From Candidatus Dojkabacteria bacterium (GTDB lineage: Bacteria > Patescibacteriota > Dojkabacteria > JAOAGR01): a stretch of DNA of 64,000 bases. Below are positions 1-8,693 of this stretch, in pieces. The stretch lies in assembly GCA_025999155.1 (NCBI GenBank), contig AP026679.1:163996-227995 (forward strand), given 5' to 3'. The translations under genes and the position numbers were made by a program. The notes below the pieces were generated by a model. It worked only from the letters and a program-made list of their open reading frames with translations. It was not told the origin of the DNA and searched no databases. Numbering within the stretch: the first letter of the stretch is position 1; each line of letters begins with the position of its first letter.

Positions 1-175
1 CGACATATGCTAATTTGATCTTACCATCTTGATGTAAATCAAATAGTCTTTTCAAAATGATCAAACTAAAAAAAGAAGAACCGTAAAATGAAATTGACAT
101 GATCAAATTATAGACTTACTTAACTAAAATTGAAACCATAAAAAAACTCACCCAATTCAAAACACTACTCACAAA

Positions 176-970
176 TTACAATAGATGATGTTGTTTTATA
201 GCTAATATAGCCATGAAAAGAGGAAATTCTTGCCTTGCACGATTTTCCATCCTGCTTGCTTTACCTACACTCACTTTATCCGATACCCATTCTTCGATCG
301 CTGTTACTACAAATCCATTTTGATTTAATTCTTTGATATATGTAGACAAAGGTCTATGAAATGACCATGTAATGTTACTTGTATCTCTACCTGGGTGCAT
401 GTATATAGGAATTTTTAACTCTGTCAAATACCGATCAACCCTTCTATATTGTAATTTTTTTGACTCATCAATACCCCACGATGTCTGCCTTGGAATACGA
501 AAATATGGATGATTCAACACTATTAGAAATTTTCCACCTTGTTGCAAATGATAATTTACATTCGTAAAAACCGCAGAAATATCATCAATATTTTGCATAG
601 CAAGAATAATCACAGCATGAGTAAAATCATTTTTCTTAATAGGTAACTTAGCTGTTATATCGGCTACATAAAACTTATGTCTATTGCTGTGCTTAGATTG
701 CTTAGCGTATTTAATCAAACTTTCTGATGAATCAATACCAAGATAATAAATCTTTTTTTCAATATACCTCGAAAAAACTCCTTCGCCACAACCCAAATCT
801 AACACACTAGAATCTGCTTTTAAATCAAGTAATTCTAAAGACTTAGGAATAATAACATGACGATGATAATATAGCCCATATTCTCCTACAGCTCTTCGAT
901 ACCATTTAGCAACATGTTGCCATGAGGTATCTTGCTGTTTGTATTTATATATTCTTGGCTTTTTAACCAT
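176..970 (-). CDS. class I SAM-dependent methyltransferase
   Basis: 264 aa protein with glycine-rich motif I LDLGCGEGVF and a Rossmann-type layout. It overlaps the rnpA 3' end by 8 nt, which suggests an operon. Confidence 0.6.
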   Translation of the reverse strand: MVKKPRIYKYKQQDTSWQHVAKWYRRAVGEYGLYYHRHVIIPKSLELLDLKADSSVLDLGCGEGVFSRYIEKKIYYLGIDSSESLIKYAKQSKHSNRHKFYVADITAKLPIKKNDFTHAVIILAMQNIDDISAVFTNVNYHLQQGGKFLIVLNHPYFRIPRQTSWGIDESKKLQYRRVDRYLTELKIPIYMHPGRDTSNITWSFHRPLSTYIKELNQNGFVVTAIEEWVSDKVSVGKASRMENRARQEFPLFMAILAIKQHHLL

Positions 971-1334
971 TACTTATATCAACAGAATTTCGGTTATTAA
1001 TTCGATTCAACAAATCAGTGAAGTCTTCTTTTACTATATTAAAACCTATTTCAGATACTACTAACTTCAGGTTAACCAAAGGACGAATCGCTATAAACAT
1101 CGGCTTAATATCCTTGCTGGGTAGAAAATATCTTCTTACAATTTCACGCATTATACGTTTAGCATATACTCGATGTACAGGCTTGCGTATAGTTTTTGAG
1201 TCTGTTATAAAGGCAAATTTCAATTCATCAGCTTCGACCCAAATCATAGAAAAAAATTTCGAATACTTACGTGTACCAAACTTAAAAAGCCTCTGAAAAT
1301 CACGTCTTCTTTTTAAAGAATATTGTTTTGGCAC
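963..1334 (-). CDS. rnpA: ribonuclease P protein component
   Basis: 123 aa, basic, with an N-terminal LKRRRDFQRLFKFG motif typical of RnpA. It lies directly downstream of rpmH, the canonical rpmH-rnpA pair. Confidence 0.75.
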   Translation of the reverse strand: MPKQYSLKRRRDFQRLFKFGTRKYSKFFSMIWVEADELKFAFITDSKTIRKPVHRVYAKRIMREIVRRYFLPSKDIKPMFIAIRPLVNLKLVVSEIGFNIVKEDFTDLLNRINNRNSVDISNG

Positions 1335-1350
1335 AAGGATGTCTACTTCA

Positions 1351-1533
1351 TCATCTTCGAGTATGTGTCGATGCTTTCTTTAAGATTCTCATTTCATCAG
1401 AAACAGTCAAAATTTTTCTACCCCTCTTCCTACGACGTTTTATCACGTTACGTCCATCTTGGGTACTCATCCTTTTCAAGAAACCATGTTTTTTTACTCG
1501 AGCGATCTTTTTCGGCTGCCAAGTCCTTTTCAT
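1351..1533 (-). CDS. rpmH: 50S ribosomal protein L34, with about 16 aa of C-terminal extension
   Basis: Begins [42 protein letters not shown], which matches the L34 consensus MKRTxQPS..RHGFRxRM..GRxVLxxRRxKGR. The ORF runs to 60 aa against a usual 44-46. Confidence 0.8.
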   Translation of the reverse strand: MKRTWQPKKIARVKKHGFLKRMSTQDGRNVIKRRRKRGRKILTVSDEMRILKKASTHTRR

Positions 1534-1759
1534 ATTAGTTCAAATTCACAAATAGAATAGATAAACTGATAATACAATATTCAGCGACTAAAATCCACTA
1601 CTACGCTGTTCAAAGACGCCCAAACTACCACATGATCGTATCATTTTTTTGGGTATCATTTAGAGTAAATCAAATCTTTGGAAATATTTTACAAAAACGC
1701 TACCGTACACATTAGCTCAGTTAAATTCATGTAAATCCCCATTCACTCTACTTTATAAA

Positions 1760-3979
1760 TTAATTTACTACTTCATCTTGCTTCTTTTGTTTAGCTTTTT
1801 GAATCTCTTTTATATCAGGATAATTAGGATGCGCCCAAAAATAGCCGAAACGACCTTTTCTTAATATCATTTTTTGACCGTCACTAGCAATCGGAGGCTT
1901 ACCAAACATTTTCTCAATAGCATCATCAGTCAATTCCAAAGGCTTTGTTATTTTTACCTTAGGGTAATCTGGATGTGCCCAAAATCTACCAAATCTACCT
2001 TGCTTTAATACAAAATCTCTGCCATCTTCAGTTTTCGGAGCTGGTTTATACTTGGAGTCTAACGTCTCACCATCAACAAGTTTTTGATTATCCGGAGACT
2101 CGTAACTGAGACTTTTAATGCCTTTACATTTAGGGAAATCAATGCATGAAAGAAAAACACCATACTTCCCTAATTTTTTTAACATTGGCTTACCACATAA
2201 ATCACAAGTTTCATTACTTTGACCTAATATAACCAAATCTTCTTTGTTTATTTCCTTTTCTTTTTGCTCTAATTTGTCACTAAATGGCCGAAAAAACTGG
2301 TCTATCATCGGTTGCCAACCTATTTTCCCTGCAGCAATATCATCAAGGCGATCTTCCATACGTGCAGTAAACTCTATATCTACAATTTCATTAAAATGCT
2401 GTTTTAACATATTGACTACAACGATACCGGTTTCTGTAGGATATAAATATTTTCCATCTTTTTTGACATAATCCCTCTCTAGAATGACAGAAAGTATTGT
2501 TGCATAAGTACTTGGTCTCCCTATACCATATTTCTCCAAATCCTTTATCAAAGATGCCTCAGTATATCTTGCTGGCGGTTGCGTAAAATGTTGGTAACCC
2601 CAAACTTCATACGGGTATAAAACAGCGTTATCTGAGATTGCATCTATTAATTCTAAAGTTTTCGTATCTTGACTTGTATCATATAACTTTAACCAGCCAT
2701 CAAATTCACATTTTGTTGCCGTTGCAGAAAATTCTAAAGTCTGGATTTGTTCATCATGAAGTTCTGATACAACCACAACTGTTTTTTGTAAAAACACAGC
2801 TTCTCGCATTTGTGACGCTAGAGCTCTACGATAGATCAAATCATAAACCTTTTGATCTTGAGTAGAAAAGAGTTTAGGTAATTTCCGAACACGGAAATCT
2901 GTAGGTCGTATAGCTTCATGGGCCTCTTGAGCTAACTTTGCCTTATTCTTAAACTGATGTACTTTATCTGGCAGATACGGGTCTCCATATAATTCTTTTA
3001 TAAGTTTTCGTGCTGCATTGATAGCTATATCCGACACGTATACACTATCGGTTCGCATATATGTGATCAACCCATTTTCATAAAGTTTTTGTGCAGATCG
3101 CATCGCACTCTTAGCACTCATGCCTAATACATTCACGGCTGCCTGCTGGAATGTTGCAGTCGTAAATGGGGGATGAGGCTTTTTGACAACTTTTCTGTCC
3201 GTAATACGATGAACTTTAAAAGTGTTCTGAGTAATCACTCTGCTAATACGTTCAAATTCTTCCTGATTTCGAATTCTCGCTGTTTGTCCGTTAATCTTTT
3301 TAAGAGTTAGTACAAATGTGTCTTCATTAAGATCTGGACGATTTTGATCACTATAAAAAGCTTTGACAGATGAGGTATCCACATAACTAAAAGACGGCAA
3401 TACATGACATGACCAATATTCTTCAGATTTGAAATTTTGTCTTTCTAGCTCGCGATCGACAATCAGCCTTAAGGCAACACTCTGTACTCTTCCTGCTGAC
3501 AAACCGTAACGGATTTTCTTCCATAAGAAAGGGGATAAACTATACCCTACCAGGCGATCTAGTATACGTCTTGCTTGCTGTGCATCGACAAGATTTTGAT
3601 CAATGTCGCGCTGATTTTGAATAGCTTTTAAAATTGCTGATTCTGTTATTTCATGGAATACAATTCGTTTTACATCTTTATTTAAACCAATAATAAGATT
3701 TTTTATATGCCAAGCTATAGCTTCACCTTCTCGATCGGGGTCTGTCGCTAAAATCACGTTCTCGGCATCGCGTGTAAGCTTACGAATTTCTTCAATCACA
3801 CTTTCCTTACCTTTAATCACCTGGTACATAGGCTCATAATTATTTGTTATATCAACTCCAAGTTTAGACTTAGGCAAATCCACTACATGTCCTACAGATG
3901 AAATCACTTTATAGTCTGGACCCAAATATTTATTGATAGTTTTAGCTTTTGATGGAGACTCAACTATAACCAAATGCAT
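1760..3979 (-). CDS. topA: DNA topoisomerase I
   Basis: 739 aa with a Toprim N-terminus (VIVESPSKAKTI) and type IA core motifs. The C-terminus carries two tandem repeats of about 35 aa: GRFGRFWAHPDYP and GRFGYFWAHPNYP. Confidence 0.9.
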   Translation of the reverse strand: MHLVIVESPSKAKTINKYLGPDYKVISSVGHVVDLPKSKLGVDITNNYEPMYQVIKGKESVIEEIRKLTRDAENVILATDPDREGEAIAWHIKNLIIGLNKDVKRIVFHEITESAILKAIQNQRDIDQNLVDAQQARRILDRLVGYSLSPFLWKKIRYGLSAGRVQSVALRLIVDRELERQNFKSEEYWSCHVLPSFSYVDTSSVKAFYSDQNRPDLNEDTFVLTLKKINGQTARIRNQEEFERISRVITQNTFKVHRITDRKVVKKPHPPFTTATFQQAAVNVLGMSAKSAMRSAQKLYENGLITYMRTDSVYVSDIAINAARKLIKELYGDPYLPDKVHQFKNKAKLAQEAHEAIRPTDFRVRKLPKLFSTQDQKVYDLIYRRALASQMREAVFLQKTVVVVSELHDEQIQTLEFSATATKCEFDGWLKLYDTSQDTKTLELIDAISDNAVLYPYEVWGYQHFTQPPARYTEASLIKDLEKYGIGRPSTYATILSVILERDYVKKDGKYLYPTETGIVVVNMLKQHFNEIVDIEFTARMEDRLDDIAAGKIGWQPMIDQFFRPFSDKLEQKEKEINKEDLVILGQSNETCDLCGKPMLKKLGKYGVFLSCIDFPKCKGIKSLSYESPDNQKLVDGETLDSKYKPAPKTEDGRDFVLKQGRFGRFWAHPDYPKVKITKPLELTDDAIEKMFGKPPIASDGQKMILRKGRFGYFWAHPNYPDIKEIQKAKQKKQDEVVN

Positions 3980-4098
3980 CGTTCAAGATTATTAAAACAC
4001 ATAAAAGAAAAGTCAAGTAACAACTAACATTCTCTAACGATACTCATTTTATTGTTATAGACAATAATGTTCTATTTCATGTAGAATATAAACAGTCA

Positions 4099-4182
4099 GG
4101 CGAGATGGTGGAATGGTAGACACGCTACCTTGAGGTGGTAGTGCTTTACAGCGTGGGGGTTCAAGTCCCCCTCTCGTCACCA
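4099..4182 (+). tRNA. tRNA-Leu (anticodon GAG), class II with a long variable arm
   Basis: Acceptor stem GGCGAGA pairs with TCTCGTC through one G-U pair. Anticodon stem CTACC/GGTAG and loop TTGAGGT give anticodon GAG. Variable arm, T-arm GGGGG-TTCAAGT-CCCCC, discriminator A and an encoded CCA end. Confidence 0.8.
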
Positions 4183-4560
4183 TTCTGCAATCATATCCTA
4201 TATAGTCTCGAACGAGCGAATTATAAGATATCAAATATGATTCCAAAATAAAAATCTCAGCCACTTTACCTAAATATATTGCTTTATCGATTTATAACGG
4301 TACAACCCTTTCTTCCGCAAAGACTCATAGCAAAATAGATCTAACTTGTAATTATGATATAATGCTTAAGATTCGTGATTTGTGTTTTTCAAAACGTTTA
4401 TTGTAGTTTTATTTATTAAATAGTTTTAGTTATTAACATATAAAAATAAATAATTATGGCTATCATAAGTTACGGGACATCGCAACATACAGCTTTTGAC
4501 AACACTGAATATGCTGGACATACTAGTGTCCAATTATTTTAACAAATGCAGTAGATTATA

Positions 4561-6513
4561 ATGGTTTCGCGGACAAACCTTACTTTAATTACAAATTCCC
4601 TAAAAAATATGGCTAAAAATAAAAGTAGATATTCTAAATTCAAATCTCGAAAATCTAACGAACCCAATAATACCAAAAGATATACAAAACAAAACTACAG
4701 AAATAATCAAAGCAAAAACCAAAAAACAGATCAACAATCAAGGAAAAAAGAAATTAGACATTCGACAAATATTATAAAACGTAAGCCGTATCCGGAAGAA
4801 TTATTACACACATCTAATGCTCTAAATTGGGGAGACCGCTCACAATATAAATTTAAAGACTTCAATGGTCAAAAAGTCAGGATAATACCAATCAGTGGTT
4901 TACGAATGATTGGAACTAATTGTACTGTTATCGAAGACGATCAAGACATTATCATAATAGATGCAGGTCTCGGCTTTCCTGAATTTGATCTTGCAGGTGT
5001 TGACGCTTTAGTACCAAATTTAAGCTACTTAAATGATCGAAAAGATCGTATTAGAGGTATAATCATAACTCATGGCCACACGGATCATATCGGAGGACTA
5101 CATTATATATATGAAAAGATAGGATGTCCTCGCGTCTATGCACCACGACTCGCGGCGGAAATGATCAAAGATAAGTTTAAAGAACTGAAGCTCGAACACT
5201 TACTGAAAATTAGTACTATAGATTCTGACAGTAACTACTACCTCGGAAAATTTAAGATTTCTCATTTTCGTATGAATCATACGATAATGGATAATTATGG
5301 AATTTGCATAGACACACCTGTCGGTCGTATAGTGACGCCCAGCGATTACAAAATAGACTTAACTCCTTACAAAGAACCGCCTTCGGACTATTCAAAACTG
5401 ACCAAGCTTGGAGATGAAGGAGTACTACTATTAATGGATGAATCAACAAATGTCAAACTCAAAGGCTGGGCTCCATCAGAAACATCAATTGCTGAAGATT
5501 TAGAAAACACTATTCGAGATGCTGACGGAAGGTTGATCATTGGTTTATTTTCAACCATGATTAGCCGAATGCGTCAAATTATTGAAATAGCAGCACATTA
5601 CAATAAAAAAATTGTTATTTCTGGCAAATCTCTTGAAACAAATATAAGAATTGCGCACCGATTAGGATATATCGACGTTCTAAATTCTGTGTTTATACCT
5701 CCTGAAGACATGGATAGATTCCCAGATAATGCGATAGTCATATTAACTACAGGGTCACAAGGCGAACCAAATGCTGCTCTAATGCGAATGGCTCAGGGAG
5801 AACACAATCGTATCACATTAAAACCTACAGACACTATCGTCTTTTCTTCATCTCGAATTCCGGGGAATGAAAATAAAATTGATAGACTTATCAATCTACT
5901 TGCAGCAAAAGGATGTCGTATTCTGACATCAGATAACCTAGTATTACACGCATCAGGACACGGGCACAAAGAAGATCACAAACTAATGCTGCAATTAGTA
6001 AAACCAAAGTTTATTATGCCGATACATGGTGAACCTTCTATGCTTGCAGCTAATAAGGAAAACGCTATGACACTGGGCTACAAAGAAGAACAGATTATCA
6101 TCGCAAAGGATGGAGACGTAATTGAACTGTGGCCTGGTGGATGGGAAATAGTGAATCATATTAACTCTGAACCATTGTGGGTAGAAGGTAATAGAGTAGG
6201 AGACTTCGATATGTCAATCATTAATGAAAGAAAAATCATGACAGAAGAAGGTGTCATCGTCCTGACCATAAAAATGAATACGAATAATCAATACAGTTAT
6301 GAGGATTTTGAGATCCAAACAAAAGGTTTTTTTGTACAGAGCAAAGATACATTTATACAAAAGGAACTTTCCGAAGCCATTTTACGAACTCTTAATCAGC
6401 TGAAACCAGAATCTGACAAAGACACAATACACAACATCATAAAATTTCTGATTGAACAGGAGATTGGACGTAATTACCAAAAAAAACCTCTAATTGTTAT
6501 AAGCATACTTTAA
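4561..6513 (+). CDS. rnj: ribonuclease J (beta-CASP metallo-beta-lactamase RNase)
   Basis: Metallo-beta-lactamase motif ITHGHTDHIGG with beta-CASP and C-terminal domains. The conserved core starts at KVRIIPISGL. There is no internal Met to restart on, so the roughly 90-aa K/N/R-rich basic N-terminal extension appears to be real. Confidence 0.85.
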   Translation: MVSRTNLTLITNSLKNMAKNKSRYSKFKSRKSNEPNNTKRYTKQNYRNNQSKNQKTDQQSRKKEIRHSTNIIKRKPYPEELLHTSNALNWGDRSQYKFKDFNGQKVRIIPISGLRMIGTNCTVIEDDQDIIIIDAGLGFPEFDLAGVDALVPNLSYLNDRKDRIRGIIITHGHTDHIGGLHYIYEKIGCPRVYAPRLAAEMIKDKFKELKLEHLLKISTIDSDSNYYLGKFKISHFRMNHTIMDNYGICIDTPVGRIVTPSDYKIDLTPYKEPPSDYSKLTKLGDEGVLLLMDESTNVKLKGWAPSETSIAEDLENTIRDADGRLIIGLFSTMISRMRQIIEIAAHYNKKIVISGKSLETNIRIAHRLGYIDVLNSVFIPPEDMDRFPDNAIVILTTGSQGEPNAALMRMAQGEHNRITLKPTDTIVFSSSRIPGNENKIDRLINLLAAKGCRILTSDNLVLHASGHGHKEDHKLMLQLVKPKFIMPIHGEPSMLAANKENAMTLGYKEEQIIIAKDGDVIELWPGGWEIVNHINSEPLWVEGNRVGDFDMSIINERKIMTEEGVIVLTIKMNTNNQYSYEDFEIQTKGFFVQSKDTFIQKELSEAILRTLNQLKPESDKDTIHNIIKFLIEQEIGRNYQKKPLIVISIL

Positions 6514-6580
6514 TTGTCGTGTCAGAACTATTTATCAACTCTATAGATCACACGAAATCAATTTAATGCTGGAGTAAAAT

Positions 6581-8002
6581 TTATCCAAGAAACTTACGAG
6601 CTGGATCTATAAGGAATTTTTTCAACGCTTTACGTCCGATGATCACTTCATACAACATTTCTTTTCTATGAGTAATAGTAAACTTTGTTGCTTGCTTGAG
6701 ACCAGACATCGAAAAAGGAATTTTGAGAACTGGCCTCAAATCAATTCCAGTACTCTGCTTAACTAAAGCAATGTCCACAATTTGTAAGTCATCCTCGAAA
6801 TACTTTTGAGCAAGTAGTTTTACTTTACGACCTTCTTTTAAGGTTGAAAATCGATGTTGTTTCTCAAACTCTTCAAAACGGTCTAATATCTCGTTATACC
6901 CCAATGATCGTGCAAGCGTTTCATCCATAGCAGACCATAAGGCCCCTGTATCATTACGAGCTTTGACTTTATGTATATTTCCCCTAGTATCTGTAAAATA
7001 TACATACTCAACCCTACCCACTAATTGTTTACCAGAAACCTCTTCAATTTCTTCTTCTATTTCACCTCCAAATAAATGTTTGCCTATTTGTATTCCTTTA
7101 CGTACGGATGAAATTTGCAACCCACTAACTCTTTCTAGCCGACCCTTAAGCCCATCAGCATTAGCAATCTGAATGGCCAAACCTGGACGAGCATTTAATT
7201 CTAAAACCATAGGTCCTTGCGCACGATCAATTACCAAATCTACCCCCAAAAAACCAATACCAGTACACTGTTGGGCAAGCACAGCCATCTCTAAAATTTT
7301 TTCCCAATACGGTATTCGAATCCCACGCAATAATGCGTCTGTATCAGGATGCCGCTCAATTAATTTACCTTTGTGCAAAGCCGTGGTTGTCGTACCACTT
7401 GCAAGATCGATACCTACAGCAACACCTCCGGCATGTAAATTTGCTTTACCATCACTTTCTTTCGTAGGTAAGCGCAGCATAGCCATTACTGGCACGTTAT
7501 TGAACACTATCACCCGTATATCTGGAATACCTCTATACGAATAATGCTTGAATTCTGGATGCATCATCACGCGCTCTTCAAAAAATGCACTATCAGGACG
7601 ATTTTTAAGAGAAAAATTACCTTCTAAAATACTTCTAATATGATTTCGTAAATCTTCTTGGGAATACCTAGTCTTATCAGCCTTAACCCATCGCCCATTA
7701 CTGTCTTTTGAAAAAAACACTATGATTCCTTCCCCTCCAAACCCATATTTAGGTTTAATCACAACACTATCGGGTAATTGGTTAAAATTAAATTTTTTCA
7801 AAGCTTTATGGCTTGTAATTTTTGTGATAAGTCTTGGTGTTTTAATACCATTTTCAAGTAAAATTTGCTTTGTTAAAAGTTTATCATCTGCAATTTTTCG
7901 TACAGCCGCAGAATTATACAATCGAATATATTTCAAGTTTCTTTCATTAATACATAGAATTGCCCTGTAATTTTCAAAAAACTTAATTATTTTTTTTATC
8001 AT
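6581..8002 (-). CDS. RimK-type ATP-grasp ligase fused to a C-terminal retropepsin-like aspartic protease domain
   Basis: N-terminal ~300 aa carry ATP-grasp motifs VVIKPKYGFGGEGI, DIRVIVFNNVPVMAMLR, KANLHAGG and GIGFLGVDLVIDRAQGPMVLELNARPG. An EEEIEEV linker follows. The C-terminal ~160 aa hold an ARNDTGALWSAMD motif matching the D-T-G-A catalytic signature of aspartic proteases. Confidence 0.6.
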   Translation of the reverse strand: MIKKIIKFFENYRAILCINERNLKYIRLYNSAAVRKIADDKLLTKQILLENGIKTPRLITKITSHKALKKFNFNQLPDSVVIKPKYGFGGEGIIVFFSKDSNGRWVKADKTRYSQEDLRNHIRSILEGNFSLKNRPDSAFFEERVMMHPEFKHYSYRGIPDIRVIVFNNVPVMAMLRLPTKESDGKANLHAGGVAVGIDLASGTTTTALHKGKLIERHPDTDALLRGIRIPYWEKILEMAVLAQQCTGIGFLGVDLVIDRAQGPMVLELNARPGLAIQIANADGLKGRLERVSGLQISSVRKGIQIGKHLFGGEIEEEIEEVSGKQLVGRVEYVYFTDTRGNIHKVKARNDTGALWSAMDETLARSLGYNEILDRFEEFEKQHRFSTLKEGRKVKLLAQKYFEDDLQIVDIALVKQSTGIDLRPVLKIPFSMSGLKQATKFTITHRKEMLYEVIIGRKALKKFLIDPARKFLG

Positions 8003-8672
8003 GTTGTATGCTCTTATATACGCTCCAAAATCTTAAATATTCTGTTAATCTCATTCCCGAATAACGCCCAATTAATAAACTCAATATAATAAAGACAATT
8101 GATATTATCGGGTTAGATAAAACAAATTTTTGTACTCCATCCAAAGATATTAAAAACGCTCCAGAAATACTGACTAATAGAGTATTGATAAATAAACTAC
8201 GAGCAGTTTTTATTCCTTTTTGTATTTGTTGAGAAGCAAAAATTTCAGTCAAGGACAACAGTAATATAATTACTAAAGGTTGAATGCGTATCGAACCAAC
8301 TAAGTTTTGAAGAAACAAATAATACGTAGCGAAAAATAAGCTAAAAATCGTGGCAGATACTAACAAAATGACGACACTAATACGTGCCCAATAATGTAAC
8401 TGTAAATTCAGTGTTAATTTTTTAAAATAATAAGCAATAAAAAATGTATAAATTGATATTAATACCCCAAGTATTATTGACATCACAGTACTATCAGGAA
8501 TCAAAAAAGCGAAAGCATAAGTCAATACCAAAAAGACATTTATAGACATCGTTTTGATCCCTATAAAATAACGCCAAATTAAACCTATACTGACAACTAT
8601 AGGTACAATAAGAAGCGTGTAAACAAATAATTCAGCATTTACCACACCATTTATTACACTGTTTTCTAGCAT
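7983..8672 (-). CDS. polytopic membrane protein (about 6 TM helices), function unknown
   Basis: 229 aa, almost entirely hydrophobic helices. It overlaps the downstream ATP-grasp/protease gene by 20 nt and lies 21 nt downstream of the acd gene, so the three are probably co-transcribed. Confidence 0.4.
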   Translation of the reverse strand: MLENSVINGVVNAELFVYTLLIVPIVVSIGLIWRYFIGIKTMSINVFLVLTYAFAFLIPDSTVMSIILGVLISIYTFFIAYYFKKLTLNLQLHYWARISVVILLVSATIFSLFFATYYLFLQNLVGSIRIQPLVIILLLSLTEIFASQQIQKGIKTARSLFINTLLVSISGAFLISLDGVQKFVLSNPIISIVFIILSLLIGRYSGMRLTEYLRFWSVYKSIQHDKKNN

Positions 8673-8693
8673 GGCTGCATTTTAACAACAAAT

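Noticed and set aside
1018-1555. Plus-strand ORFs 1018-1296, 1323-1538 and 1328-1555 overlapping rnpA and rpmH.
   Set aside because: They are antisense to two strongly supported conserved genes and have no recognisable motifs.
4055-4264. 69-aa minus-strand ORF.
   Set aside because: It overlaps the well-formed tRNA-Leu(GAG) on the opposite strand, and its translation contains the tRNA sequence.
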